The notes: a model not told the origin generated them from the letters alone. Positions 1-12,791 are shown, numbered from the stretch's first letter. The stretch: 64,000 nucleotides of DNA from an uncultured Gemmatimonadaceae bacterium (GCA_963716745.1 OY970320.1:2880001-2944000), one strand, 5' to 3'. Numbers and translations are program-made.

Positions 1-1
1 C

Positions 2-445
<444 letters not shown>

Positions 446-460
446 CCAGAGAGCGACAAC

Positions 461-766
461 ATGGCACGCATCCGAATCCGTCTCAAAGCCTTCGACCACG
501 CGGTCATCGACCAGGCGAGCGCCGACATCGTGCGCACCGCCGAGAAGTCGGGCGCGCAGGTGAGTGGCCCGATCCCGCTGCCCACGAAGACGCAGCGCTG
601 GACCGTGCTCCGGTCGCCGCACGTTGACAAGAAGTCGCGGGAACAGTTCCAGCTCAAGACGCACAAGCGCGTGATCGACATCCTCGATTCCCGCGCGCAG
701 ACGATGGATGCGCTCACCAAGCTGGATCTTCCGGCCGGCGTGGACGTCGAGATCAAGGTCGAATAG
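461..766 (+). CDS. rpsJ: 30S ribosomal protein uS10
   Basis: [11 protein letters not shown]...GPIPLPT...[13 protein letters not shown]. Confidence 0.99.
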   Translation: MARIRIRLKAFDHAVIDQASADIVRTAEKSGAQVSGPIPLPTKTQRWTVLRSPHVDKKSREQFQLKTHKRVIDILDSRAQTMDALTKLDLPAGVDVEIKVE

Positions 767-862
767 CTCGGGAAACATCCGCGGCGCACAGGGCGCCCCG
801 GTGATCCCCATGGTCCAACAGCGCGCTGGAATATTCCCGGCGCCTGCGACTCAGCGAGGCAC

Positions 863-1549
863 GTGATGATCGGTATCATTGGAAAGAAATTGGGCATGAC
901 CCAGATCTTCAACGAAGCGGGGCAGCAGATCCCGTGCACGGTCATCGAGGCCGAGCCGAACCCCGTGGTGCAGGTGCTCGACAAGGCGAAGATGGGTTAC
1001 GCCGCGGTCCAGCTCGGACTCGGCAAGCAGGTCATGAAGCGCGAGTCGAAGGCGAAGGAGAGGACGCCCAAGGGGCGCCGCGCGCACGAGGCGCAGATCG
1101 GCCACGCCAAGAAGGCGGGGCTCGATGTGCCGCCCGCGATCCTGCGCAGCTTCCGTCTGGATGATGCGCCGGGCAAGAACCCGGAGATCCCGGCGTACAA
1201 CGTGGGCGATGTGATCAGAGTCGACATCTTCAAGGTCGGCGAGCGGGTGAAGGTGACGGGCACGTCGAAGGGCCGCGGATTCCAGGGCGTCGTGAAGCGC
1301 TGGAACTTCGGCGGCGGTCCGAACACGCACGGCAACACGAAGCACCGCCGTCCCGGCTCGATCGGACCCGGCACGGACCCGTCGCGTGTCATCAAAGGCA
1401 AGAAGATGCCCGGCCACTTCGGCGCCGAGCGTTGTACGCAGACCGATCTCCGCGTCGAGAAGATCGATATGGAGCGCAACCTGATCTATGTCCGCGGCGC
1501 GGTGGCCGGTCCCAAGACCGGGATCCTCCTCGTCCGCAAGCAGGGTTAA
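863..1549 (+). CDS. rplC: 50S ribosomal protein uL3
   Basis: GKKLGMTQIF, GTSKGRGFQGVVKR, KGKKMPGHFG; start at 863 or 866. Confidence 0.98.
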   Translation: MMIGIIGKKLGMTQIFNEAGQQIPCTVIEAEPNPVVQVLDKAKMGYAAVQLGLGKQVMKRESKAKERTPKGRRAHEAQIGHAKKAGLDVPPAILRSFRLDDAPGKNPEIPAYNVGDVIRVDIFKVGERVKVTGTSKGRGFQGVVKRWNFGGGPNTHGNTKHRRPGSIGPGTDPSRVIKGKKMPGHFGAERCTQTDLRVEKIDMERNLIYVRGAVAGPKTGILLVRKQG

Positions 1550-1554
1550 CGACC

Positions 1555-2397
1555 ATGGCTGACACGAATACGATCCACGCTTCGGCGTTCACGTCCAACG
1601 GCACCGCGCGCGAACAAGTCGCGCTGCCGGCGGAAATGTTCGACGGCACCGTGAACATGCCGGTGATGCACCAGGCGGTGAAGGCGTTCCTCGCCAACAA
1701 GCGCCAGGGCAACGCGAAGACCAAGACGCGCGGTCTCGTCGAGGGCGGCAACCAGAAGCCGTGGAAGCAGAAGGGCACGGGACGCGCCCGTCAGGGTTCG
1801 ATCCGCGCGCCGAACTGGGTGGGCGGCGGAACCGTGTTCGGTCCGATCCCGCGCAGCTACGCGCAGTACGTGCCGCGCCAGGTGCGCGCGCTGGCCCGCA
1901 AGAGCGCGTTCAACGCGCGCGCGCGGGAAGGCGCCGTGATCGTCGTCGACCGCTTCTCGTACGAGCGGCCGCAGACGTCGCGCATGGCGCAGATGCTCGC
2001 GCGCCTCGAGATGAGCGACCGCAAGGTGCTCGTGCTCACGAACGGCGTGAATGAGAACGTGTACCTCTCGGGCCGCAATCTGCCCAAGGTGCTCGTGCTG
2101 CCGTACTCCGATGTCTCGGCGTACCACGTGCTGTGGAGCGACGTGGTGCTGATCGAGGCGCCGGCGATCGGGCAGACGCTCGCGCCGGTGGCGGACACGG
2201 AAGCGCCGGCGAAGAAGAGTTCGGCCGCGAAGAAGGCGCCCAAGGCTCCGAAGGCGCCGAAGGCGGAGAAGAAGGCGGCGCCGGCGAAGAAGGCGGCGAG
2301 AGCCGCGGCTCCGAAGGCGAAGAAGGCGTCAAAGAAGCCGGCGGCGAAGAAGGCCGCCAAGGCGCAGGCCAAGCCCAAGAAGAAGAAGGGGAAATAG
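1555..2397 (+). CDS. rplD: 50S ribosomal protein uL4 with Lys/Ala/Pro-rich C-terminal tail
   Basis: KPWKQKGTGRARQGSIRAP; ATG at 1555. Confidence 0.97.
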   Translation: MADTNTIHASAFTSNGTAREQVALPAEMFDGTVNMPVMHQAVKAFLANKRQGNAKTKTRGLVEGGNQKPWKQKGTGRARQGSIRAPNWVGGGTVFGPIPRSYAQYVPRQVRALARKSAFNARAREGAVIVVDRFSYERPQTSRMAQMLARLEMSDRKVLVLTNGVNENVYLSGRNLPKVLVLPYSDVSAYHVLWSDVVLIEAPAIGQTLAPVADTEAPAKKSSAAKKAPKAPKAPKAEKKAAPAKKAARAAAPKAKKASKKPAAKKAAKAQAKPKKKKGK

Positions 2398-2685
2398 ATG
2401 CCGACACTGCATGAGATCATCGTGAAGCCGGTCGTCACGGAGAAGACCTCCGAGGCGTACCAGGCGCGCGGCGAATACACGTTCCGCACGCATCCCGAGG
2501 CGAACAAGGGCGACATCCGGCGCGCGATCGAGCAGCTGTTCGGCGTGCACGTCACGGGCGTGTGGACATCGAACCAGCGGGGCAAGGCCAAGCGCATGGG
2601 CAAGTCGGCCGGCCGCCGCACTCATTGGAAGAAGGCGATCGTGAAGCTCCGCGCGGGCGAATCGATCGCGGTATTCGAGGGTTAA
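2398..2685 (+). CDS. rplW: 50S ribosomal protein uL23
   Basis: [14 protein letters not shown]; operon position. Confidence 0.97.
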   Translation: MPTLHEIIVKPVVTEKTSEAYQARGEYTFRTHPEANKGDIRRAIEQLFGVHVTGVWTSNQRGKAKRMGKSAGRRTHWKKAIVKLRAGESIAVFEG

Positions 2686-2690
2686 CGACC

Positions 2691-3521
2691 ATGGGCATCC
2701 GTCAATTCAAGCCCGTCACCAAGGGCACCCGCTTCCGCACCGTCTCGGATTTCGCCGAGATCACGCGGACGCAGCCGGAGAAGTCGCTCGTCGAGCCGCT
2801 CAAGAAGAGCGGCGGGCGCGACAATCACGGGCACATCTCGATGCGCCGCCTCGGCGGCGGTCACAAGCGGATGTACCGCGTGATCGACTTCAAGCGGAAC
2901 AAGCCGGGCGTCGTGGCGACCGTGCGTGAGATCGAGTACGACCCGAACCGCTCGGCGCGCATCGCGCTGGTGGAGTACGCGGACGGCGAGAAGCGCTACG
3001 TGCTGCATCCGGCGGGGCTGAACGTGGGCGACACGATCGTGTCGGGGCCCGGCTCGGACATCCGGCTCGGCAACGCGATCCCGCTCAAGGAAGTGCCGCT
3101 CGGCACCGCGGTGCACAATATCGAGCTCAAGATCGGCAAGGGCGGCCAGATGGCGCGCTCGGCCGGCCAGAGCGCGCAGGTGGTCGCGAAGGAAGGCGAT
3201 TACGTGACGCTGCGTCTGGGCTCGAGCGAGATGCGCCTGGTGCACGGCTTATGCATGGCGACGATCGGCACCGTGGGGAACGCGGAGCACGAGCTGCTGT
3301 CGTGGGGCAAGGCGGGCAAGACGCGTTGGCTGGGCCGCCGTCCCAAGGTGCGCGGTGAAGTGATGAACCCGGTGGACCACCCGCATGGCGGCCGCACACG
3401 CGGCGGCCGGAACGTGGTGAGCCCGTGGGGCAAGAAGGAAGGCGTGAAGACGCGGAACAAGAAGAAGGGCTCGCAGAAGCTGATCGTGCGCGGCAGGAAG
3501 CGCGGCAAGGCCACTCAGTAA
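2691..3521 (+). CDS. rplB: 50S ribosomal protein uL2
   Basis: [26 protein letters not shown] at 2691. Confidence 0.98.
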   Translation: MGIRQFKPVTKGTRFRTVSDFAEITRTQPEKSLVEPLKKSGGRDNHGHISMRRLGGGHKRMYRVIDFKRNKPGVVATVREIEYDPNRSARIALVEYADGEKRYVLHPAGLNVGDTIVSGPGSDIRLGNAIPLKEVPLGTAVHNIELKIGKGGQMARSAGQSAQVVAKEGDYVTLRLGSSEMRLVHGLCMATIGTVGNAEHELLSWGKAGKTRWLGRRPKVRGEVMNPVDHPHGGRTRGGRNVVSPWGKKEGVKTRNKKKGSQKLIVRGRKRGKATQ

Positions 3522-3525
3522 GACG

Positions 3526-3594
3526 CGGGACTCGGCACTCGGGACTCGACTGCTGTCGAATCCCGCGGCGAGTCCCGAGTCCCGAATCCCGAGT
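3526..3594. repeat. Heptamer palindrome (GGGACTC-type left arm, GAGTCCC-type right arm)
   Basis: cgggactcggcactcgggactcg ... cgagtcccgagtcccgaatcccgag between rplB and rpsS. Confidence 0.9.
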
Positions 3595-3623
3595 TCTAAG
3601 AACACTCAGAGGAAGTCGAGCAT

Positions 3624-3998
3624 ATGGCACGCAGCATCAAGAAAGGCCCCTTCGTCCAGCCGGTGTTGTTGAAGCGCGTGCGCGCGCTCAACAAGGCCAA
3701 CGAGAAGAAGGTCATGAAGACCTGGAGCCGCGCGAGCACCGTGACCCCGGAGTTCGTGGGGCACACGTTCGCGGTGCACAACGGGAACAAGTTCATCCCG
3801 GTGTACGTCACGGAGAACATGGTCGGGCACAAGCTCGGCGAGTTCTCTCCGACGCGGCTCTTCCGCGGGCACACGGGCATGAAGGCGGTGGACAAGAAGG
3901 CGGGACCGCCGGGTGGCACCGGGGCTCCGGGCGGCGGCGGACCGGGTGCGGCTCCGGCCGCGGCGCCGTCGGCACCGCCGTCCAAGGGAGGTAAGTGA
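3624..3998 (+). CDS. rpsS: 30S ribosomal protein uS19 with Gly/Pro/Ala C-terminal tail
   Basis: [29 protein letters not shown]. Confidence 0.98.
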   Translation: MARSIKKGPFVQPVLLKRVRALNKANEKKVMKTWSRASTVTPEFVGHTFAVHNGNKFIPVYVTENMVGHKLGEFSPTRLFRGHTGMKAVDKKAGPPGGTGAPGGGGPGAAPAAAPSAPPSKGGK

Positions 3999-4000
3999 TC

Positions 4001-4360
4001 ATGGCTGACGTGCGCGCGATCCAGCGCACCACTCGCCAGTCGCCGTACAAGATGCGGCTGGTGATCGATCAGATCCGCGGCATGAACGTGAACGAAGCGC
4101 TCGCGCTCCTCACGTTCTCGAAGAAGCACGCCGCGAAGCAGATCGGGAAGGTGCTCAAGAGCGCCGTGGCGAACGCGGAGCAGCACGCCCGCGCCGCGAG
4201 CGAGTCGCTGGATACGGACAAGCTATTCGTGAAGCATGCGATCGTGAACGAAGGACCGAAGCTCAAGCGCTTCATGCCGGCGGCCATGGGCCGGGGCACA
4301 CCTATCGCCAAGCGGACGAGCCACGTAGAGATCGTGGTCGCCGAGAGGAAAGGTCGCTAA
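4001..4360 (+). CDS. rplV: 50S ribosomal protein uL22
   Basis: [33 protein letters not shown]. Confidence 0.97.
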   Translation: MADVRAIQRTTRQSPYKMRLVIDQIRGMNVNEALALLTFSKKHAAKQIGKVLKSAVANAEQHARAASESLDTDKLFVKHAIVNEGPKLKRFMPAAMGRGTPIAKRTSHVEIVVAERKGR

Positions 4361-5019
4361 TGGGACAGAAAGTCAATCCGATCGGCTTCCGCCTCGGGAT
4401 CACGCGCGACCACCGTTCCAAGTGGTACGCGAACCGCGATTTCCCCGCGCTGCTGAAGGAAGATGAGTTGCTGCGCCGCTACCTGAAGGCGCGCCTCGGT
4501 CATGCCGCGATCAGCGACATCACGATCGAGCGCAAGCCGGGCAAGGTCGTGGCGACGATCCACACGGGCCGGCCGGGCGTCGTGATCGGCAAGAAGGGCG
4601 CCGAGGTCGACAAGCTGCGGGACGAACTCGCGCAGCTCACGGGCAAGGAAGTGGGGATCAACGTCGAAGAGGTGAAGCGTCCGGAACTCGATGCGCAGCT
4701 CGTGGGCGATCAGATCGCGCACCAGCTGGCGCAGCGCATCTCGTTCCGCCGGGCGATGAAGCGCGCCGTGCAGAGCGCGATGCGCATGGGCGCGCAGGGG
4801 ATCAAGATCAAGTGCGGCGGGCGGCTGGGCGGCGCCGAGATCGCGCGCGTCGAGGGCTATCACGAAGGCCGTGTGCCCCTCCATACGCTGCGCGCGAAGA
4901 TCGACTACGCGACGTCCACGGCGAAGACCACCTTCGGCACCATCGGTGTGAAGGTCTGGATCTTCCACGGCGAGGACACAGTGGGCCGCCGCGGTTCAAC
5001 GTACTCGACGGGCGCGTGA
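4360..5019 (+). CDS. rpsC: 30S ribosomal protein uS3
   Basis: [33 protein letters not shown]. Confidence 0.99.
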   Translation: MGQKVNPIGFRLGITRDHRSKWYANRDFPALLKEDELLRRYLKARLGHAAISDITIERKPGKVVATIHTGRPGVVIGKKGAEVDKLRDELAQLTGKEVGINVEEVKRPELDAQLVGDQIAHQLAQRISFRRAMKRAVQSAMRMGAQGIKIKCGGRLGGAEIARVEGYHEGRVPLHTLRAKIDYATSTAKTTFGTIGVKVWIFHGEDTVGRRGSTYSTGA

Positions 5020-5026
5020 GGTCACC

Positions 5027-5455
5027 ATGCTGAGTCCGAAGCGCGTGAAGTTCCGCAAGATGTTCAAGGGCCGCACCCGTGGCATCGCCACGCGCGGCCA
5101 CACGGTGGCGTTCGGCCACTATGGGCTGCAGGCGATGGAGCCGGGCTGGGTGAGCGCGCGCCAGATCGAAGCGGCGCGTGTCGCGCTCACGCGGCACATC
5201 AAGCGCGGCGGCAAAGTGTGGATCCGGATCTTCCCGGACAAGCCGATCACGAAGAAGCCGGCCGAGACCCGCATGGGCAAGGGCAAGGGGTCGCCGGAAG
5301 CGTGGGTGGCGGTCGTGAAGCCGGGTCGCGTGATGTTCGAGCTCGAGGGCATCGACCGTCCGCTCGCCGAGAAGGCGATGGCGTTGGCGGCGGCGAAGCT
5401 CTCCGTACGCACCAAGTTCGTGGCACGAGAGGAGGCGCATACCAATGCAAGCTGA
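5027..5455 (+). CDS. rplP: 50S ribosomal protein uL16
   Basis: [27 protein letters not shown]. Confidence 0.99.
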   Translation: MLSPKRVKFRKMFKGRTRGIATRGHTVAFGHYGLQAMEPGWVSARQIEAARVALTRHIKRGGKVWIRIFPDKPITKKPAETRMGKGKGSPEAWVAVVKPGRVMFELEGIDRPLAEKAMALAAAKLSVRTKFVAREEAHTNAS

Positions 5456-5660
5456 GGACATTCGCGAGCTGAAAGACGATGAGATCCGCGCACGCCTGGC
5501 GGAGCTCCGGGAGGAGCGCTTCCGGCTCAAGTTCCGTGCGGCGACAGAAGCGCTGGATGATCCACTGCGTTTCCGCGCGCTCCGCAAGGACATCGCGCGG
5601 CTCAATACGGTATTGCGGCAGCGCGCGCTGGGCGCGTCCGATTCGCGCACCGCACGTTAG
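5445..5660 (+). CDS. rpmC: 50S ribosomal protein uL29
   Basis: [10 protein letters not shown]...[12 protein letters not shown]; position. Confidence 0.96.
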   Translation: MQAEDIRELKDDEIRARLAELREERFRLKFRAATEALDDPLRFRALRKDIARLNTVLRQRALGASDSRTAR

Positions 5661-5678
5661 CCAGGATAATAGGACACC

Positions 5679-5963
5679 ATGGAAGAGACGATGAAGCAGA
5701 CCGGGACCGAGCATCGCGGGGCGCGCAAGACGCGCATCGGGCTCGTCGTGAGCGACAAGATGGACAAGACGGTAGTGGTCGCGATCGAGCGCCGCTTTCC
5801 GCACCCGCTGTACGGCAAGATGATCACGCGGAGTAAGCGCCTGAAGGCGCACTGCGCGGACAACGGGGCGAAGACGGGCGATCGCGTTCGCATCATGGAG
5901 ACCCGGCCGCTGTCGAAGGACAAGCGGTGGCGTGTGGTCGAGATCCTCGAGCGCGCGCGCTAA
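5679..5963 (+). CDS. rpsQ: 30S ribosomal protein uS17
   Basis: [31 protein letters not shown]. Confidence 0.98.
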   Translation: MEETMKQTGTEHRGARKTRIGLVVSDKMDKTVVVAIERRFPHPLYGKMITRSKRLKAHCADNGAKTGDRVRIMETRPLSKDKRWRVVEILERAR

Positions 5964-5975
5964 GGAGACGGGACC

Positions 5976-6344
5976 ATGATCCAACAAGAATCCATCGTGA
6001 AGGTCGCGGACAACTCGGGCGCGAAGCGCGCGCTCGTGATCCGCGTCCTGGGCGGCACGCGCCGCCGCTATGCCGGACTGGGCGACACCGTGATCGTCGC
6101 GGTGAAGGATGCGCTGCCGAACGGCACCGTGAAGAAGTCCGACGTCGCGCGCGCCGTGGTGGTGCGCACGGTGAAGGAGACGCGGCGCAAGGACGGGAGC
6201 TACATCCGCTTCGACGAGAATGCGGTGGTCATCATCAACGAACAAGGCGAGCCGCGGGCGACCCGCATCTTCGGGCCGGTGGCCCGCGAGCTGCGCGACA
6301 AGAAGTTCATGAAGATCGTCTCGCTCGCGCCTGAGGTGCTCTAA
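5976..6344 (+). CDS. rplN: 50S ribosomal protein uL14
   Basis: [35 protein letters not shown]. Confidence 0.99.
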   Translation: MIQQESIVKVADNSGAKRALVIRVLGGTRRRYAGLGDTVIVAVKDALPNGTVKKSDVARAVVVRTVKETRRKDGSYIRFDENAVVIINEQGEPRATRIFGPVARELRDKKFMKIVSLAPEVL

Positions 6345-6345
6345 C

Positions 6346-6753
6346 ATGCGGATCCTGAAATACCGGAAGACGCAGCGCCGCAGCGTGAAGAACGCGGCGC
6401 GTCACTCCGGCAACGCCGAGCGTGTGACGATGCCGGTGTCGCGCGGCGACACCGTGCGCGTGATGCGCGGCGACGACAAGGGCAAGGAAGGGAAGATCAC
6501 GCGCGTGTACCCGAAGACCGGGCGCATCGTGATCGACGGCGTGAACATCGTGAAGCGGCACCGCAAGGCGCGGAGCGCCGACGAGCAGGGCGGGATCATC
6601 GATTTCCCGGCGCCGATCCACCACTCGAACGTGATGCTGCTCGACCCCAAGTCGGGTGAGCCGACGCGGACGCGGGTGCGCATCGACGACGACCAGACGA
6701 AGGAGCGCATCAGCGCGAAGAGCGGCGACACCATCCCGCGCGCGAAGCGCTGA
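6346..6753 (+). CDS. rplX: 50S ribosomal protein uL24 (probable basic N-terminal extension)
   Basis: GDTVRVMRGDDKGKEG KOW motif, APIHHSNV; alternative start at 6430. Confidence 0.96.
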   Translation: MRILKYRKTQRRSVKNAARHSGNAERVTMPVSRGDTVRVMRGDDKGKEGKITRVYPKTGRIVIDGVNIVKRHRKARSADEQGGIIDFPAPIHHSNVMLLDPKSGEPTRTRVRIDDDQTKERISAKSGDTIPRAKR

Positions 6754-6767
6754 GCGAGGACATAGCC

Positions 6768-7484
6768 ATGGCGACCACCGAGAAGAAAGAAAAGACGGAC
6801 AAGCCGGCCAAAACGGCGAATCCGGAGCAGGCCGAGAAGCGCGAGAAGAAGGCGAAGAAGGGCGCCGCGGCCGCGGCGCCGCGCGGGCCGCACACCGGCG
6901 TCGACAAGCCGGTCGTGCCCGCGCGCCTGCACGTGTACTACACGAAGACCGTGCGGCCCAAGCTGCAGCAGCAGTTCGGGCTCACGAACGTGCACCAGAT
7001 CCCGAACCTCTCGAAGATCGTGATCAACGTGGGCTTCGGTGAAGCGGTGAAGCAGCCCAAGATGCTCGACGGCATCGTCACCGAGCTGGAGATCATCTCC
7101 GGCCAGCGCCCGGTGCGCACGAAGGCCAAGAAGTCGGTGTCGAACTTCGCGCTCCGTCAGGGGCAGGAGATCGGCGCGAGCGTCACACTGCGCGGCGCGC
7201 GGATGTGGGAGTTCCTCGACCGCTTCATCGCGGTCGCGATCCCGCGCATCCGCGACTTCCGCGGCATGAACACGCGGTCGTTCGACGGCCGCGGCAATTA
7301 CTCGGTGGGTCTCAAGGAGCAGGTGATCTTCCCTGAGATCAATTTCGATCAAGTGGAACAGGTGCACGGCATGGACATCACGTTCGTCACGAGCACGACG
7401 AAAGATGACCAGTCGTTCGCACTGCTCCGTGAGCTCGGCATGCCGTTCCGTGGGGACGACAAGCCGATCGTCGTGAAGATGTGA
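6768..7484 (+). CDS. rplE: 50S ribosomal protein uL5 with charged N-terminal extension
   Basis: KIVINVGFGEA, IPRIRDFRG, FDGRGNY, IFPEI. Confidence 0.98.
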   Translation: MATTEKKEKTDKPAKTANPEQAEKREKKAKKGAAAAAPRGPHTGVDKPVVPARLHVYYTKTVRPKLQQQFGLTNVHQIPNLSKIVINVGFGEAVKQPKMLDGIVTELEIISGQRPVRTKAKKSVSNFALRQGQEIGASVTLRGARMWEFLDRFIAVAIPRIRDFRGMNTRSFDGRGNYSVGLKEQVIFPEINFDQVEQVHGMDITFVTSTTKDDQSFALLRELGMPFRGDDKPIVVKM

Positions 7485-7490
7485 ACAGCA

Positions 7491-7547
7491 GGCTGTCGGC
7501 TGTCGGCTGTCGCTGACACGCCTGCAACAGCCAACAGCCGACAGTCC
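7491..7547. repeat. Heptamer palindrome (GGCTGTC x3 / ACAGCCR x3)
   Basis: ggctgtcggctgtcggctgtcg ... acagccaacagccgacagtcc between rplE and the uS14 gene. Confidence 0.85.
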
Positions 7548-7578
7548 GTAGTTCCGAACTTTTTTCGAGAGAGTCCCA

Positions 7579-7764
7579 ATGGCACGTAAGGCCATGGTCG
7601 AGAAGTCCAAGCGGAAGCCGAAGTTCAGAGTGCGCCAGCACAACCGCTGCCAGCGTTGTGGCCGGTCGCGCGCGTACCTCCGCAAGTTCGGCATCTGCCG
7701 TCTCTGTTTCCGGGAATTGGCGCTGAATGGCCTCATCCCCGGCGTGACGAAGAGCAGCTGGTAA
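7579..7764 (+). CDS. rpsZ: 30S ribosomal protein uS14, short zinc-binding type
   Basis: 61 aa, CQRC and [12 protein letters not shown]. Confidence 0.97.
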   Translation: MARKAMVEKSKRKPKFRVRQHNRCQRCGRSRAYLRKFGICRLCFRELALNGLIPGVTKSSW

Positions 7765-7768
7765 GTAC

Positions 7769-7814
7769 GCGGGAAGCGGGAAGCGGGAAGCGAGTCCCGA
7801 GTCCCGAATCCCGA
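7769..7814. repeat. Chimeric heptamer palindrome (GCGGGAA x3 / GAGTCCC x3)
   Basis: gcgggaagcgggaagcgggaag cgagtcccgagtcccgaatcccga. Confidence 0.85.
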
Positions 7815-7878
7815 AAGTTCGCACACACTTCATTCCTACACGTCCCCTCGGGATACGGTAGGAGCAAGGAATCGATTA

Positions 7879-8281
7879 ATGAGCATGACCGACCCGATCG
7901 CCGACATGTTGACGCGGATCCGCAATGCCTGCGGATCGAAGCATCGCCGCGTGGACATCCCGGCGTCGAAGCTGAAAGCCGAGATCGCCCGCATCCTCCT
8001 TGAGAACAACTACATCAAGGACGTGAAGACGGTCGCGGCCGAGGACGGACGCCCGGTGCTCCGCCTCTATCTCAAGTACGCGCAGGGAGAACAGCCCGTG
8101 ATCCGCGAGATCCGGCGCATCTCCACTCCGGGGCTCCGCCGCTACGTCGGCGCCACCGAGATCCCGCGCGTCCGCAACGGACTGGGCATGGCGATCCTGA
8201 GCACCTCCAAGGGGCTCATGACCGACCGCCAGGCCCGGCAGGCACGCACCGGCGGCGAGCTTGCTCGCCCTCGTCTGGTAA
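7879..8281 (+). CDS. rpsH: 30S ribosomal protein uS8 (single extra base near 8261, likely sequencing error)
   Basis: TDPIADMLTRIRNA, STPGLRRY, STSKGLMTD; removing one base restores GGELLALVW-stop. Confidence 0.96.
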
Positions 8282-8291
8282 GGGGGACGAC

Positions 8292-8831
8292 ATGTCGCGA
8301 ATCGGGAAGAAGCCGGTACCGCTGCCGAAGGGAGTCACGGCGGCCGTGTCCGGACACAACATCACGGTGAAAGGGCCGAAGGGTGAGCTCGCGCGCTCGC
8401 TCCCGTCGGCGATGACGGTGGTCGTCGAGGGAGAGACGGTGGTCGTGACGCGTCCGAGCGACGAGAACGAGCACAAGGCGCTGCACGGTCTCACGCGCAC
8501 GCTCGTGGCCAACATGGTGGAGGGCGTGACGAAGGGATTCTCCAAGCAGCTCGAGATCGTGGGCGTCGGCTACAAGGCGGAGCAGAAGCCGTACGGCCTG
8601 CAGCTCGCGCTCGGCTTCTCGCACGCGATCGAGTACAAGGCGCCCAAGGGGATCAAGCTCACGGCGCCGCAGCCCACGTCGATCACGATCGAGGGCGCGA
8701 ACAAGGAGATGGTCGGGCAGGTGGCGGCGGAACTGCGCAGCCTGCGCCCGCCGGAGCCATACAAGGGCAAGGGGATCAAGTACGTTGGCGAGCAGATCCG
8801 GCGGAAGGCCGGCAAGGCGGGAGGCAAGTAA
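8292..8831 (+). CDS. rplF: 50S ribosomal protein uL6
   Basis: MSRIGKKP, LGFSH, RPPEPYKGKGIKY. Confidence 0.99.
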   Translation: MSRIGKKPVPLPKGVTAAVSGHNITVKGPKGELARSLPSAMTVVVEGETVVVTRPSDENEHKALHGLTRTLVANMVEGVTKGFSKQLEIVGVGYKAEQKPYGLQLALGFSHAIEYKAPKGIKLTAPQPTSITIEGANKEMVGQVAAELRSLRPPEPYKGKGIKYVGEQIRRKAGKAGGK

Positions 8832-8834
8832 CCG

Positions 8835-9194
8835 ATGAAGTCCGTTCACAAGCCCAAGACGCGTGCTGAGCGCCGTTCGCGCCGGCACCTGCGTGTGCGC
8901 AAGAAGGTGGAAGGCACGGCGGAGCGTCCGCGCCTCGTGGTGAAGCGTTCGCTGAAGCACATCTACGCGCAGATCGTGGATGACATGGCGCAGCGCACGC
9001 TCATGACGGTGTCGGACCTGACCGTTGGCGAAGGGAAGAAGGCGGAGCGGTCGACGGCGGTGGGCAAGGCGCTCGCGGCGGCGGCCAAGAAGGCGGGGAT
9101 CACGCGGGTGGTCTTCGACCGCGCAGGATACAAGTATCACGGCCGCGTGAAAGCGGTGGCCGATGGCGCCCGCGAGGGCGGTCTGGAGTTTTAA
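8835..9194 (+). CDS. rplR: 50S ribosomal protein uL18
   Basis: [36 protein letters not shown]. Confidence 0.98.
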   Translation: MKSVHKPKTRAERRSRRHLRVRKKVEGTAERPRLVVKRSLKHIYAQIVDDMAQRTLMTVSDLTVGEGKKAERSTAVGKALAAAAKKAGITRVVFDRAGYKYHGRVKAVADGAREGGLEF

Positions 9195-10004
9195 ATGGCT
9201 GAGAATCCGAGTCTGGAAACGGTGAGCGCCGGCGGCACGGGCGCTCCGAGCGGCGCTCCGGCGCCACGCACGGGCGGCAGCGCGCGGAGCGGCGGCGGCA
9301 GTGCGCGCTCCGGCGGCGGTCCTGGCGGCCGCGGTCGCGGCGGTCCGGGTGGCGGGCGTGGACGCGGTGGCCCGGGTGGCGGCGGCGGTGGCCGCGGCGG
9401 ACCGGGCGGCGGCCCCGGCGGCGGCCCGAATCGCGGTCGTGGCGGCGGTGGCGGTGGCGGCGGCCGTGATGGCGGCCGCGGCGGCGAGCGCGAAGGCAGC
9501 GATCTCGTCGAGAACGTCATTGCGATCAATCGCGTGGCCAAGGTCGTGAAGGGTGGTCGTCGCTTCAGCTTCAACGCGCTCGTCGCCGTGGGCGACGGGC
9601 AGGGGAAGGTGGGCGTCGCCACCGGCAAGGCGAACGAAGTGAGTGAAGCGGTGCGCAAGGCGGTGGACGCCGCGCGCCGCAACATGATCCACATCCCGCG
9701 CACGGGCAGCACGATCCCGCACGAGATCGTCGGCAAGCACGGCGCCGGTCGCGTGCTCATGAAGCCCGCGGCGCCGGGCGCCGGCGTGATCGCCGGCGGT
9801 GCCGTGCGCTCGCTCCTCGAGTGCTGCGGCGTGACGGACATCCTCACGAAGAGCTTGGGCTCCACCAATCCGCACAACATGGTGCGCGCGGCGCTGCACG
9901 GCCTCACGCACCTCACGACCGTCGAGCAGATCGCGCGCGAGCGCGACATCGAGGTGTCGAGCATCCAGTACAAGTCGCGCGCGAAGTCGAAGGAGGCCGT
10001 GTAA
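9195..10004 (+). CDS. rpsE: 30S ribosomal protein uS5 with ~100-aa Gly/Arg-rich N-terminal extension
   Basis: [45 protein letters not shown]. Confidence 0.98.
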   Translation: MAENPSLETVSAGGTGAPSGAPAPRTGGSARSGGGSARSGGGPGGRGRGGPGGGRGRGGPGGGGGGRGGPGGGPGGGPNRGRGGGGGGGGRDGGRGGEREGSDLVENVIAINRVAKVVKGGRRFSFNALVAVGDGQGKVGVATGKANEVSEAVRKAVDAARRNMIHIPRTGSTIPHEIVGKHGAGRVLMKPAAPGAGVIAGGAVRSLLECCGVTDILTKSLGSTNPHNMVRAALHGLTHLTTVEQIARERDIEVSSIQYKSRAKSKEAV

Positions 10005-10256
10005 ATGCCGCGCACATTCGTTTGGCATCCGGGACGTGGACCCAAGGTCACGCCGAGCAATAAGGTCACGAAGGGCAAGGTGCGCATCGAGCAGGTGCGC
10101 AGCGGCATCGGCCACTCGTGGGTAATGAAGCAGACGCTCGAGGCGATCGGCCTCAAGCATCATCAGGATGTCGTGGTGAAGACGGACTCGCCGTCGCTCC
10201 GCGGGCAGATCAAGCGCGTGCGTCACCTGGTGAAGGTGACGCCGGTGAAGGGATGA
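10005..10256 (+). CDS. rpmD: 50S ribosomal protein uL30 with N-terminal extension
   Basis: IEQVRSGIG...TLEAIGL...[13 protein letters not shown]. Confidence 0.95.
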   Translation: MPRTFVWHPGRGPKVTPSNKVTKGKVRIEQVRSGIGHSWVMKQTLEAIGLKHHQDVVVKTDSPSLRGQIKRVRHLVKVTPVKG

Positions 10257-10258
10257 CC

Positions 10259-10747
10259 ATGGCCAAGACCAAAGAGAAAGAGACCGCCGTCGAGAAGCTC
10301 ACGCTGCACAACCTGCACGCCGCGCCGTTCTCGCATCGCGAGCGCAAGCGGCTGGGACGCGGCCCGGGCTCCGGCACCGGCAAGACGTCGGGCAAGGGAC
10401 ACAAGGGCATCAAGGCGCGCTCGGGCCACCACGGCCACGGCGGCGGCAAGCCGCGCTTCGAAGGCGGTCAGATGCCGCTCACGCGCCGTCTGCCCAAGCG
10501 CGGCTTCACCAACCCGTTCCGCGTGGAGTCGCAGATCGTGCGGCTCGGCGATCTGAACGGGCTGCCCGCGGGCACGGAGGTGACGCGCGAATCGCTGGCG
10601 AAGGCGGGCTTGATCCGCGACGCCAAGGGTCCGGCGAAGCTGCTCGCGAACGGCAAGGTCACGAAAGCCTATACCGTGAAGGGCGTGAAGATGAGCGCGT
10701 CGGTACGTGAGGCGATCGCCGCGGCCGGAGGCCGCGTCGAGGAGTAG
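10259..10747 (+). CDS. rplO: 50S ribosomal protein uL15
   Basis: [37 protein letters not shown]. Confidence 0.98.
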   Translation: MAKTKEKETAVEKLTLHNLHAAPFSHRERKRLGRGPGSGTGKTSGKGHKGIKARSGHHGHGGGKPRFEGGQMPLTRRLPKRGFTNPFRVESQIVRLGDLNGLPAGTEVTRESLAKAGLIRDAKGPAKLLANGKVTKAYTVKGVKMSASVREAIAAAGGRVEE

Positions 10748-10748
10748 C

Positions 10749-12787
<2,039 letters not shown>

Positions 12788-12791
<4 letters not shown>

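Noticed and set aside
8142..10226. Long antisense or alternate-frame ORFs (e.g. 8142-10226, 10659-12191, 47297-49552, 60455-62269)
   Set aside because: Shadow ORFs expected in high-GC DNA; they overlap well-supported genes and show no family motifs.
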